64,000 nt of DNA from positions 67,704,001-67,768,000 of the forward strand of contig OX597826.1 in assembly GCA_951406725.2 (NCBI GenBank), given 5' to 3'. Below the pieces are notes generated by a model, which was not told where the DNA came from, did no database searches, and saw only the letters and a program-made list of their open reading frames with translations. Source of the DNA: Octopus vulgaris (lineage: Eukaryota). This document shows positions 1 to 14,364 of the stretch, one piece after another. Made by a program: the position numbers and the translations under genes. Position 1 is the first letter of the stretch. The number at the start of each line of letters is the position of its first letter.

Positions 1-214
1 AGCGAAAAAAAATTCATTAAAATGGAAAAAATGATGGTAATTTTTTTTAAAATCGTAGACTCATCGTAGACGCGCGCTAATACCCAGAAGGGCTCGATAT
101 GAATCACGACTATAAGATATCCGGTTTTGGTTAAACTGCACCGCAAAATGTGGGAGTAGTTAGGAATCTAAATCGTAGGAGACAGAAACACTATTTGACT
201 TTTATATATAAAGA
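1..214 (-). mobile_element. Non-autonomous Helitron (partial, runs off window start); same family as 28711-29614
   Basis: Near-identical to 28890-29100 (cgtagactcatcgtagacgcgcgctaatacccagaagggctcgatatgaatcac); ends ttttatatataaaga = 5' TC terminus on minus strand. Confidence 0.75.
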
Positions 215-230
215 TATATACACACACATC

Positions 231-540
231 AAAAATACTAAAATGGGATAAGAACGCAAAGCATCCAGAGAGGTGATACAAAAAAGGGTCAAAACATCCA
301 GACAGACGATACAAAGAAAACAAGGATGGGTCATTCGGAGTTTTCTTTCCTCTGTCGAGTTCCAGATTATATTTGCAATTTCGGCTTGTTATACTCGAGA
401 TTGCTCCAATCTAACCAGCCGAAGGTAAAAAAAAAAAAACTAAGCTAAGAGCTTGGAAGCAGCGAATGTATACGAAAACAAGGACGGAAAAACGCATAAA
501 TAGTACACAAATACCAATAACAGGACATTAACAACGGGGG
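231..540 (-). mobile_element. Interspersed repeat, Penelope-terminal-repeat-like; homologous copy in opposite orientation at 57645-57862
   Basis: gagattgctccaatct, aactaagctaa, cgaatgtatacgaaa and ggtcattcg recur as reverse complements at 57645-57862; both copies lie next to (TA)n. Confidence 0.5.
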
Positions 541-945
541 GGGTCGGGGTGGGTTTGATTAAGAACGAAGTAAATTAAGCTGGCTTGTGTGGAAGTAAAG
601 TCTTACGGCAGGCAGGGACATATGGTTTGACAGGCACAGGGAAGAATAAACATGTTGCACGGATGGTAGTCGAACCAAGAAAGAAAGGTCAGGCTTGGCC
701 GAACACCGGTCACGTGGGGAGAGAAGAGAGATGTAGAGGCAGAACCCCCTCTCTCATACTTCCTGGCCTTCTCTTCATGCTCACCTTCCCTCCTCTTTCA
801 CTTCACTCTGTCCCTTTCATTTTTTCTCACCCCTCCTTAATTCTTCTATCCCTCTGCCAAATTTGGTCATACGAGAGTTAAACATAATAGCAACGATATA
901 TATCTTACACCACACGCACACATATATAGACACACACATTATGCA

Positions 946-1007
<62 letters not shown>

Positions 1008-1068
1008 GCTTGTATGCATATATTATATGTAGACATGCACTCGTATGTTTAGATTTTTGCTTCCGGAG

Positions 1069-1426
1069 TTACTCTTTTACTTGTTTCAGTCATTTGACTG
1101 CGGCCATGCTGGAGCACCGTCTTTAGTCGAGCAAATCGACCCCGGGACTTATTCTTTGTGAGCCCAGTACTTATTCTATCGGTATCTTTTGCCGAACCGC
1201 TATGTGAACACACCAGCATCGGTTGTCAAGCAAAGCTAAGGGGACAAACACAGACACACAAACATATACACACACACTTATATATATATACAAATATACG
1301 ACAGTCTTCTTTCAGTTTCCGTCTACAAAATCCACTCACAAGGCATTGGTCGGCCCGGGGCTATAGCAGATGACACTTGCCCAAGATGCCACGCAAGCTA
1401 CTTACCATACAGCCACTCCTGCGCCT
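1069..1426 (-). mobile_element. tRNA-derived SINE family A
   Basis: Reverse complement of the ggcgcaggagtggctgt head, cttgggcaagtgtc core and gactgaaacaagtaaaagag tail; internal microsatellite. Confidence 0.9.
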
Positions 1427-1585
1427 ATTTATTTCAGGTTATAGATATGTTTATTAGAAAGCATGATTAAATGTTATTCCTAGTTATGCATTCCCCTGTA
1501 CAAGAATGTATAATTTATATACATCCTCTTTTTTTCAAACATTAGGCAGAGTAACTTCCACAAAGGATCATGGAGTGGAAATATA
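1427..1585 (+). pseudogene. Decayed duplicate of the exon-like segment at 4651-4810
   Basis: Aligns by eye with 4651-4810; translates ISGYRYVY*KA*LNVIPSYAFPCTRMYNLYTSSFFQTLGRV; SINE inserted just after the acceptor-like site. Confidence 0.4.
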
Positions 1586-2366
1586 TATGTGTTTGTATGT
1601 GTGTCTATGTGCGTGTGTGTAGAACATTAAATTACATGCGCTCTGGTACGGGAGTTCCAGGCTTTCGAAGAGTGTGGTTCCGCTTCTTAGCCACTCTGAC
1701 CAGAAGCAGTATCGGCTATCAGGTGTTCAGCTATGGTTTAAATTAGCAGATGTGACAACAAACCATCTGAGTGTTGGGCCGCGCAGTTACATGCCCAGGA
1801 GCGACGACTCCTAGCTGCTGTCAAATTATCGTTCTTGAACGAATGAATCAGATACAAAATCTGCAGCTTCACACGATTATTGGTTTTCTTGCATCAGCCT
1901 ATCACTGTGTTCTAACCATGGGGACTCGGAGGATGGTACTCGTGTTTCACAACCGATTATCACTGTAACTGAATGAGCTTACAGCCGTTTCTTTATGGTG
2001 ACCCTCCCCCCCAATAGTCATTCCATGTACAGAAAGTCCAACGCGGATGGAAGAGTGTTTCGACCTAAGCAGTTGGGGTTTTGTAGGTTACAACTTGTGT
2101 GTGTGACTTATGCTTCAAACGTTCTAAATACACAAGTGAGACTGAATAGTCTTCTGAAAGGTCATGGAAGGAAAGTTGAAAATCGCATAAACAACACGCA
2201 CGCAAAAGGAGGCGGCAATCATCTGCCAAGATGGCAAAATCGCTATGTATATAAATGTGTGTGTGTGTGTGAGTGTGAGCATGTGCGTGTGAGTGTGAGC
2301 ATGTGCGTGTGCGTGTGTGTGTGTGTTTGAATTTTATATATATACATACATACATACATACATACT

Positions 2367-2418
<52 letters not shown>

Positions 2419-3109
2419 CATCTGCAAATATGCATACTACATAAATATATATACATACACACATACATACATACATAGATATATATATATATACATTTAT
2501 ATATGTATATATATTTATGTAGTATGCATATATATATATATATATATGTAGTATATATATATACACACATATAGAAGATATGTGCATGCATATAACGGAA
2601 TACACGAATATCATGTGATGAATAAGCTGGCCTCTCAAATTTTTAAATTGCTGAATATCAAGAGAAAGCGAGCGAGAGAGAGAGAGAGAATGAGAGAGAG
2701 ACAGACAGAGACAGAGAGCGAGAGAAACAGACAAAGACAAAGAAAGAGGTAGACAGAGCGGAAGAGCGAGAAAAAGAGAAAGAAGGAGTGAAGGAAAAAG
2801 AACGAAGGTGAGAGGGAGAGAGCGGGGAGAAGTGTAATGCTAAAATCTAACGCAGATTCCGTGTTTTCTGCCTGGAATCTATGGACAAATGACTGCAAAA
2901 TAGAATTAACAATCATTAGAGATTTAATTGAATTATAGCTACATGTTTCAGATCAATAATGGAGCACCGATTTTAACCTATATAAAGATGATTTCAGTAC
3001 CGTTGAGTAATCAGCTAACTTCTACAAAGAGAATTTATTGATTTCACGGCTGACGCCATTTTATATCGGACCCCAGACTCCCTTTCGCCTGAACGTAATA
3101 TGATAATTT

Positions 3110-3110
3110 C

Positions 3111-3176
<66 letters not shown>

Positions 3177-3418
3177 CATATATATATATACATATATACA
3201 TATATGTATGATATATATACATATATATATATGTATATAAATATATATGTATATATATACTTATATATGTACATATATATAATATATATATACATATATA
3301 TGTATATATATATACTTATATATGTACATATATATAACATATATATACATATATATGTATATATATATACATATATATATATATACCTATGTATATATAT
3401 GTATACATATATATACAC

Positions 3419-3491
<73 letters not shown>
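3110..3491. repeat. Degenerate (TA)n/(TATG)n microsatellite
   Basis: Directly visible. Confidence 0.95.
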
Positions 3492-3495
<4 letters not shown>

Positions 3496-3589
3496 CACAG
3501 ACACACATATTTAATATAATATAGTATCATTTAATATGTAAAATAGTAAAGGTTCATTACGATAATATCATACATTTTCTGCAGTACTT

Positions 3590-3806
3590 ATTGGTTGTAC
3601 AACTTGATACAAGGCCAGCAAGCTTTCGGGAGGGTGCAAGTCGACTCCACTGATCCCAGTGTTTAACTGGTATTCATTCTGTCGATTCCGAAAAGATGAA
3701 AAGCTAAGTCGGTCTTGGCAGAATTTTAACTTGGTATATAAAAATTGACGAAACACCGATATGCATTTTGTGATGCTTCGATCTATTTTGCCAACTCGCT
3801 GTCTTA
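3590..3806 (-). mobile_element. SINE family B, old copy
   Basis: ccgaaaagatgaaaagctaagtcgg...gaattttaact is the reverse complement of the family B core. Confidence 0.6.
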
Positions 3807-4027
3807 ATTCTGCAATACATATTGCGGACTCTTGTTGTACATTTAATTCTTTGAATCACAAGGCGTAGAGAATTAAACATAATCTCAGGCCCACATTCAT
3901 TCACATGCATGTACTGATATTTCCCTATTAGTCTCTCTATCTATCTATGTCTCTGTCAGACTATTAAGCATACTCAATTAGATATATACCAAATGATTTA
4001 GGAAAATGAATGTGTTATTTTCCTTGG

Positions 4028-4272
4028 CTAGTAAAATCTGGGCGAATGGGTTATTTCCCTTGATAGTTAAATGAAATATGTTAGACATATATAAGGATCC
4101 CTTCCAGTGGCTCTGTTATCGATTTTTCAGACATCTGCGTATGTATGAGGTTTCCAGGTATGTGTTCTACTCACGAGTCGAGTTTCATGAAAATCGATAA
4201 ATGGATATAGGAGGAGTTAGCTAACAACTCCAGAAACACACTCACAGACAGAATTTCCCACATATGTACTAG

Positions 4273-4273
<1 letters not shown>
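4028..4273 (-). mobile_element. Probable non-autonomous Helitron remnant
   Basis: ctag at left end; tttcatgaaaatcg...ggaggagttag...acagacagaatttcc...tagat at right end, same layout as the other Helitrons here. Confidence 0.45.
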
Positions 4274-4339
<66 letters not shown>

Positions 4340-4423
4340 CGTACGTCCGTGTGCGCGCGTATGCTTAGTTGTACAACTCATAATGAGTCAGTATGGTACC
4401 ATGTATTTATATATATATATATA

Positions 4424-4470
<47 letters not shown>

Positions 4471-4650
4471 CGTGTGTGTGTGTATGAATAGAATTCTCTA
4501 TTCGCTTATCTTATAAATGTATATAATATAAAGTCTTTCTATATTACCTCCCACACAATTCGAAATATCTATTTGTTTCGCCTATGCATGCTTGTATGTA
4601 TGTATTATATGTAGACATGCACGCGTATGTTTAGAATTTTGCTTCCGCAG

Positions 4651-5058
4651 TTATTTCAGCTTATAGATATGTTAATTTGATAGCATGATTAAATGATAGT
4701 TCTAGTTATGCATTCCCGTGTACAAGAACGTACAATTCATATACATCCTCTTTTTTTCAAACATTAGGCAGAATAACTTTCAGAAAGGATCATGAAATAG
4801 AGATATATATTATACCAGGTTGGATATCACGCAATCCAACCACATTTAAATCAAATGGTTTTAGACGCTGACTTTACGCTTAAGGCTACAGATTTAAAAG
4901 AGTTATGGCGGAATATCTATATGGCAGTTCATGCTTTTATAAAGAGCAGCGTCACCATTCCTATCATAAATAAAATACGAAAAGCTTGTAAAGTAAGAGA
5001 GGATAATATCGTTGATGATACAGAGTTCCAAGATAAATGTCATTACATTTCTGGGTAG
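4651..5058 (+). pseudogene. Exon-like coding remnant (one stop, one frameshift or an internal acceptor); tentatively SEFIR-like
   Basis: Acceptor ttttgcttccgcag at 4650; ISAYRYVNLIA*LNDSSSYAFPCTRTYNSYTSSFFQTLGRITFRKDHEIEIY, then +1 frame VGYHAIQPHLNQMVLDADFTLKATDLKELWRNIYMAVHAF...; donor-like gtaggt at 5055. Confidence 0.4.
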
Positions 5059-5129
5059 GTTTGTTCAGTAAGTGATGATTTGAAATTAAGAGGCAAAAAA
5101 AAATTAAATCTCAACCAAAACACAGGACA

Positions 5130-5414
5130 TCATCATCATTACCGTCAGCATCGGCAGCAACGGTAGCAGCAATAATAGCCTCGTCGAGACCAATATCACA
5201 AGATATGACATCAACGCCACCATCTCTACCGAACCACCATCACCACCGAACCATCAACCCCAGCACCATTACTATCACCATTGCCATTACCCTACCACGG
5301 TCAACATAATCACCATAACCACCACCAACACCACTACCACCACCACCACTACCACCACCACCATCATCACCTTCACCACCACCTCTATAACAACCACTGG
5401 CATCATTATCATCG

Positions 5415-5445
<31 letters not shown>

Positions 5446-5852
5446 AACCATCCCCATCACCTACATACCACCACCACCAGTACCTATTTCTTTATTACCC
5501 ACAAGGGGCTAAACATAGAGGGGTCAAACAAGGACAGACATTGGTATTTAGTCGATTACACGACCATCACTACAACCAGCACCGATATCAATTTGATCAT
5601 CATCAAATACCGCTAAGCATTTCGCCCCGTGCGCTAACGTTTCATGCCAACTCGCCAACCACCAGTACCGTCACCACCTACATCACCGTCACCACCACAA
5701 CCACCACTACAACCACCACCGATATCACCACCACCACCACCACCACCACCATCACCTACACAACACCACCACCACCACCACCACCACCACCACCACTCCC
5801 GCCGCCACCACCAGTACCGTCACCATCAGAACCACCATCACCACCACCAACT
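5130..5852. repeat. (CAC)n/(CAT)n low-complexity tract containing split SINE B pieces (5481-5560, 5608-5656)
   Basis: Trinucleotide repeats; acctatttctttattacccacaaggggctaaacat is the reverse complement of the SINE B tail. Confidence 0.85.
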
Positions 5853-5984
5853 AAATCATTGACTGCAAGAACGAAATAATTAAAATCACAAGTATTATGT
5901 TCTAGTCTCCAATATATCTGGGATTGGTTTTTGCAACAATCATCAGTTTTATATCAATTATTATTAGAAAGACCAATATGAGAG

Positions 5985-6190
5985 CAAAATGGCAGAAACG
6001 ACAGAAGCCCGGATAATATACTTAGGTGGCATTCGCCCGACTTTACATTCTGAGTTCAAATTCAGGTATGGTTAACTTTGACATTGACTTTCGTCCTTTC
6101 GATGTCGATAAAATATGTACCAGTTGACTATTGTGGGGGTCGATGTAATCATTATACCACTGCCAAAAATTTCAGGCTTCATGAAAGGAT
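5985..6190 (+). mobile_element. SINE family B, old copy
   Basis: ttctgagttcaaatt B-box region; tcctttcgatgtcgataaaatatgtaccag core. Confidence 0.7.
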
Positions 6191-6394
6191 TTACTCTTTT
6201 ACTTGTTTCGGTTATTTCACTGCAGCCATGTTGAAGCACCATATTTAGTCGATCAAATCAACCCCAGGACTTATTCTTTCTAAGCCCAGTACTTATTCTA
6301 TCGGTCTCTTTTGCCGAACCGCTACGTTACGGGGACGTAAACGCACCACCGTCGGTTGTCAAGCGATGTTGGGCTGACAAACTCAGACACACAA

Positions 6395-6440
<46 letters not shown>

Positions 6441-6603
6441 GACAGGCTTCTTTCAGTTTCCGCCTACCAAATCCACCCACAAGGCTTTGGTCAGCCTGAG
6501 GCTATAGTAGAAGACACTTGCAGAAGGTGACACACAGTGGGACTGAAACCGGAACCATGTGGTTGGTAAGCAAGCTACTTACCACACAGCCACTCCTGCG
6601 CCT
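6191..6603 (-). mobile_element. SINE family A, full length
   Basis: Complete head (cacacagccactcctgcgcc) through tail. Confidence 0.92.
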
Positions 6604-6628
6604 ATTAAAAAATAATACAAATATCAGT

Positions 6629-6848
6629 AAGGTACCGAGCTGCCAGAACCGTTGGCACGCCGGACAAGATTCTTTGCGGCATTTCGCCCGTCTTTACGTT
6701 GTGACTGTGACATTACTTTTATATTTTTGACTTTGCCAAGATTAGCTTTTCTTTCATCCTTTCGGGATCGATAAAACGAATAACAGTCCCTCGACTTACC
6801 TCTCCCCGGAAATTTCAGGCTGTGTGCTTACAATAGAAAGGATTATTG
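6629..6848 (+). mobile_element. SINE family B
   Basis: gagctgccagaaccgttggcacgccgg head; tttcatcctttcgggatcgataaa core. Confidence 0.75.
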
Positions 6849-7202
6849 CTGATACCAGAATATATGCCGAGGTATATTTGAGGGTAGAGAAAGGTTATAC
6901 AGTGGTGAATGTGCGAGTATTTGAACAACCAGTACCCTGTTCTTTGGTGTAAGCTAGCTTTGTGAATAGTCAAAGGAAATAACACCCCCTGTAAAAATAT
7001 TTGCATTTTAATTATATTTTTTCCTAAATAATGTTTATTAAATATTTGGGCCTATTTTTTTTTAATTTTCTCTGATATTCTTATAAAAATTAAATAAAAA
7101 AAATTCTATTCCGTTTACTTTATTTTACTTTGAGGCTAATTTTTGCCAAAAACAGATCGATAATCTATTCTCAGACGAAATTTTTTTCATTAAATACTGT
7201 GG

Positions 7203-7935
<733 letters not shown>

Positions 7936-8510
7936 AATGACAGCAGCTACCAACAGAACTAGTAATTAAAGAAATGCTAAATTACACCAAACTTGGTGTA
8001 TTGTGTTTCCATAACATTTTGTTAATATCTTCTTATTAATTTTTGGAAATTGCTTCGTCTTGTAATGTCTTAATTTTTTTTCACTCGCTTTCCCTGTAAA
8101 TCTGTGTCAGACATTTCCTGTACATTGATGCTATTCTATGCGTTTGTATTTGTAAATGTGTGTTTTAATACCGGTGGCTATGTGTGCGCGTGTATACACA
8201 CACACACATACACACACATATATATATGTATGTATGTATGTATATGTGTGTGTGTGTGTCTGAAGCTGTGTGTGTGTATGCGTGTGTTCGTTTACTCGTG
8301 TGAATCTGTATATATATAAAAAGGAGTCTGTATTTGTGAGTTTGAACATGTGTGTTGTGTATGTGTGTCTGCATTTGTGCAACTGTCGTTATGTGTGTAG
8401 TGGAGTCTGTACGCATGAGTGTATGTCCTTACGTATATATACAAGCGTGTATGTATGACGTGTAATTATACACTCACAGAGATTTATATTTGCATACGTA
8501 TATCTATATC

Positions 8511-8561
<51 letters not shown>

Positions 8562-8747
8562 GTAGGTGAATTTATGTGTATGTCTATATAGATGTCTGGT
8601 ATATGCATGTATGTAATTGATTGCACCAGAGTGTATGTATGTTGTATGGGATTATGTAAATATATGTTTATGTGTCTGCAAATAATCTACATATATATAT
8701 TGATCAAATATACATACTTACATACATGCATACATACATACATATAC

Positions 8748-8778
<31 letters not shown>

Positions 8779-8829
8779 TGTATGTATATGCATATATATA
8801 TGTGTGTGTGTATATAGATATGTATATAA

Positions 8830-8875
<46 letters not shown>

Positions 8876-10349
8876 TACGTGTATATGTACATACATATAC
8901 ACAAATATACTTGCCCACACAACTACACACACAACACTAAGATTTGTATTTATATCGGCAGCCATTACAGCGTATAAAAGAAAGGTACTGACAGTTATAG
9001 TTCAGAAAACTGAGGTCAACTGACAATGATACGATGCATGGTTCTCACCCTCACCTACTTTCTTAATACAACAGCCTCCACAATAACCCACACGCCCTAG
9101 TTCAGATATATATGCAACCTTTTTACTAAAGGTTGCACACTGAACGAGAAATGTCTAAACCATTTTAGACAGGTGTATGTATCCTTTACTATGCAATGGC
9201 AGAAAGTAGTTCTTTCTGAACCGCCTCCTTCGGTTTCAGTCTTTTCTACAGGATACAATCTCTTGACTAGATCCGGAACATATTCTACATTCAGATAAAC
9301 GGTGAACGACTGAAAATTCATAATTTCCCTGTCTCTCCCGGAGATGCTTTCAATTATTTGCCGCAAAAGTGTTATGGATATAGAAATTCTCAATCAAATA
9401 AAGACAAGTCTCTTTATTTCCACACTATAAAAACATGATCGACAAGGTTCTGAAATATAATGTACATTACTGATTCGCGCCTCTCCTCTAGCGTTCGCTA
9501 AGGCAAGTTATACCGTGTTTATCGTATGTCTGGTGGTTTAATAAAGAAGTTCACTGTAATACTGAAAATAAGTTCAAGATGATTAATATGGACTGTTCGA
9601 GAGAGGAGCATAAAGATAAAGTTTGAGGGAAAGTGAGGCTGTTGATGAGTGCTTTATTAGCTAGAAACCTGTCGCCTTATATTCTCCGAAGATGACAAAT
9701 GTTTTTCAGAGATGTGGGCTGTCCTGTCTCCATAGATATATGAATGAAACTGATAGAGTAGGACTGAAAATATCTCAGCTACGATATCAAGAGTCATTTG
9801 ACAATAGATAACCTGCTGGAAAACAGATAAAATTCGGAAGGATAACAGCGCTTAGTAGACCATACAGACTGCTGTTCTGAATGTATCAGCAGAACAAATC
9901 TATCTCTCAGTTCTAGAATATAACTGTAAATGACCCATCTCGCATCTTTACCTACGAACACCAACATATCGCTTCGATTACGTTGATGAAGTAGTGGAGA
10001 ACAAACTGAGGTGTCAATGACAAACATAAATAATAATATCGAGCCTACCAAAAATATAAGTGGTCCGGCCCACGAGGTAACATAAGCTTCACAGTCGTTC
10101 AATGATAAGTCACAAATATGATGGAACACTCGAAATTTGACGATGATGACAACGCATTAATTGGAAAGGATTTAATAGATTTAAAAGATTAAAAGATTTA
10201 AGAAAGACACTGAGAACATAGAACATTGGTAAAATATTTTGATTTCATACTTTTGGGGATGTAGTGGGATGAACGTTATCAACTAATCCTTAGTTTTAGA
10301 GATAACTGGATTTATGCCTAAATTAGAAGAAATTATATTATTATTAATC

Positions 10350-10797
<448 letters not shown>

Positions 10798-10830
10798 TCA
10801 TTATTATTATTATTATTTGTTGTAGTAGTA

Positions 10831-10862
<32 letters not shown>

Positions 10863-11672
10863 TGTTGTAGTAGTAGTATTTGTAGTAGTAGTAGTATTAT
10901 CAGTAGTGGTAGTAGTAGTAGTAGTAGTAGTAGCAGTAGTAGTAGTGGAGGTGGTACTAGTAGTCGTAGTAGCTATTTACTCATGTTCCTTTCTATGTAT
11001 TGGTACAAACGGATGATGAAAATAGCGTTTTTCTGCAAGCAAACAAGCTGTACACGAACATACAATTTTCTCACCATAATATCAGTTCCAAGAATTGCAG
11101 AATTGTCGATAGTGTTTCTCTTTTTCTCTTTTCTGTGTTTTTTTTTCTTTTCCTTTTCGCAGAAAGAAATTAGAACCAAGGGCTCCAAAAATTATTGACA
11201 TCTAGCCTGTCCTTGTTTTCTCGAATATTTATTGTTCTAAACTAAACTCTCCCTGCTCTTGTGAATTTAGTTTTGATATTTATTTCACGTAATATTGTGG
11301 TTCCCATTTATAAGAAAGAACATTATCGATTAGTACACTTCTGTTTGCTGTCTATATATTTTTTTTCTAATCGATGGCCACAATATCATCGCATCTCCAT
11401 CGTATTTACTGAACCGACCTAATTGGATTTTAATGTCATTTAAATAGTTTTTGTTTGCCTGTTTGTATGCCAGGAACTTTTCGATTACAAATTCCTACCA
11501 TCTCACAGAGATTTAAAATAGATATTTTCGTCTCAGTTTCCTCATGGATATTAAAGCTTTCCGTTCTGGCGTCGCTAATTTCGTTTCATCAAGTGCAGTT
11601 TCAGACACTGATCACGTGGATCACATTTTCAATCGCCCCCCGTAACTTCAACGTTATTTACAGCCCTCCAGA

Positions 11673-11765
<93 letters not shown>

Positions 11766-11767
11766 TA

Positions 11768-12142
11768 GGCGCAGGAGTGGCTGTGTGGTAAGTAGCTTGC
11801 TAAGCAACCACATGGTTCCGGGTTCAGTCCCACTGCGTGGCATCTTGGGCAAGTGTCTTCTGCTATAGCCCCGGGCCGACCAATGCCTTGTGAGTGGTTT
11901 TGGTAGATGGATGTATATATATATATGTGTGTGTTTGTGTGTCTGTGTTTGTCCCCCTAGCATGGCTTGACATCCGATGCTGGTGTGTTTACGTCCCCGT
12001 AACTTAGCGGTTCGACAAAAGAGACCAATAGAATAAGGACTAGGCTTACAAAGAATAAGTCACGGGGTTGATTTGCTCGACTAAAGGCAGTGCTTCAGCA
12101 TGGCCACAGTCAAATGACTGAAACAAGTAAAAGAGTAAAAGA

Positions 12143-12143
<1 letters not shown>
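11768..12143 (+). mobile_element. SINE family A, full length
   Basis: ggcgcaggagtggctgtgtgg A-box, ggttcagtccc B-box, cttgggcaagtgtc CORE-like segment, (taaaagag)2 tail. Confidence 0.93.
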
Positions 12144-12238
<95 letters not shown>

Positions 12239-12294
12239 CTGTGTGTGTCTGTGTGTATGTGTGTGTGGCATTTATATATATATATATACTATCT

Positions 12295-12537
12295 CTCTTT
12301 TTACTCTTTTACTTGTTTCAGTCATTTGACTGTGGCCATGCTGGAACACTGCCTTTAGTCGAGCAAATCGACCCCAGGTCTTTTTCTTTGTGAGCCTAGT
12401 CCTTATTCTATTGGTCTCTTTTGTCGAACCGCTAAGTTACGGGGGATGTAAACACACCAGCATCGCTTGTGAAGCGATGTTGGGGGACAAACCCAGACAC
12501 ACAAACATATACACACACATACATGCATATACATACT

Positions 12538-12583
<46 letters not shown>

Positions 12584-12760
12584 CATATGCATATATACGA
12601 CGGGCTTCTTTTAGTTTCCGTCTACCAAATCCATTCACAAGGCCTTGGTCGGCCCGTGGCTATAGTAGAAGACACTTGCCGAAGATGCCACGCAGTTAGA
12701 CTAAACCCGAAACCATGTGGTTCGTAAGCAAGCTACTTACCACACAGCCACTTCTACGCC
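12295..12760 (-). mobile_element. SINE family A, full length
   Basis: Reverse complement of family A, tail-to-tail with the 11768 copy. Confidence 0.92.
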
Positions 12761-12775
12761 TCCTATATATATCTA

Positions 12776-12842
<67 letters not shown>

Positions 12843-14191
12843 AGATATAAGTTCCTTTATTGATCTGATGTTTTAATGGTTACGTAATCGTGTATAGATA
12901 ATAGGGAATCGGTATTTTCCTGCCATCTTGCTCGACAGTTCGTCCGCTTCAAAATCCTTTGTGTCTTTGTCAAGCAGTCTTTAAAGTAATATATTTGCTT
13001 TTATCTCCCATTACTCACCGTTTTCTGTTTTTCTCTCTCAGACTCTCTCGCTGTTTGTTTATTCTGTACGCACTTACAACACCAACCCTTAGCTAACGTA
13101 TCCAGCCATCAAACTCTTAGATGCTGTTATTTTTTTTGTTATTTTAGTTTGTTTGTTTGATTGGTAGCTCCAGCGTTCACCGCTAATATCACAGAGACTA
13201 TCGAAGATGATAAAAAAAAAAAAAAGAGCCTATGTTTTATCAATAAATACTAAGCTCCGCCCAAAGAAAAATAGAGAAAAAGAAAATCAGAAAATAAACC
13301 CCACAAAAAACATTAAGAAATAAAAACGTACAGATAAAAATTGTTTACTTTCATATTACGCCATTTTGTATTCCTGTTTTTTATTTTTTTTTTTGTTTCT
13401 CTTTTCTTCAACAAGTTATTTTGGATATAAATTATGCCACCCACTTCTATTTAACATGTCGTATACTGGATGAACTGTGGTTTATATAAATATATAATTA
13501 TTAACACTTAGAAAAGAAAACAAAAATAACTAAACAAAAAGAAACGCAACAGAAATACATTCAATCACATATAACATAGCAACACAATTTCAGATATTGG
13601 TGACTAATTAGCGACTAAAAGAGATAACAGAGTACAATAGATTTAACGAAATGGTCTTTCGTACAGCTGAGATCATCGATTTGAGACAGTTCAGTTTTTA
13701 TATTTAATGATTTTTTTTTTTTATTTCAGCGTGGCCTACTTCGTCTGAATTTTGGTTGAACTCGATCCAACCCAGTTGCGTTTCGACGGCAGTGATTTTA
13801 GTAGGAGTGTGTTGTTGGTTGTTGAATTGCTAGTAGCGAAGGTTAGTGATAGTTTGGGCAGCGAATGGCGGCGTGAAGGAGTAGTAATAGAAACAGTGAT
13901 TGTAGCACTGGTTGTCTATATAGTCTCGGTGGTGGTGATGGTGGTATTAATATTGTTAGTGTTATCAGTAAAGATCGTGGCGAGATGTTGGTATAATTAT
14001 AGCAGTGGTAACGGTGGTGACCATGGTATTGTTAGTATTGGTTATGTTAGTGGTTGTAGTGAAAATGGTGGTGGTGCTGGTGCTGGTAGTGGTAGTAGTA
14101 GAGTTGATATTTGCTGTGTTACTGACAGTATTGTGGTATTCATATTTCTGATGGTAGCCGTGGAAATGGGGCTGATGTGGTTGCTGGTCAA

Positions 14192-14364
14192 AGTGCATAG
14201 CTTAGTGGTTTCGAATTCGACTCTCAATCTTAATGTGGTGAGTTCGATACCCGCAGAGCATTGTACTCTTGAGCAAGACACTTTATTTCTAATGCTATTG
14301 AAGTCAACTTTACTTATCCTCTTTCTGAGAATGGGGATAAAATAAAGTGCTTGTGAAGTACAGC
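14192..14364 (+). mobile_element. Old tRNA-derived SINE (family C-like head)
   Basis: tagcttagtgg A-box, gagttcgatacc B-box; cttgagcaagacactttattt shared with 42583-42840. Confidence 0.65.

Noticed and set aside
13752-14345. 197-aa membrane-protein-like ORF
   Set aside because: Degenerate (GTA/GGT)n tract plus a SINE head; the acceptor-like site at 13729 has no convincing partner
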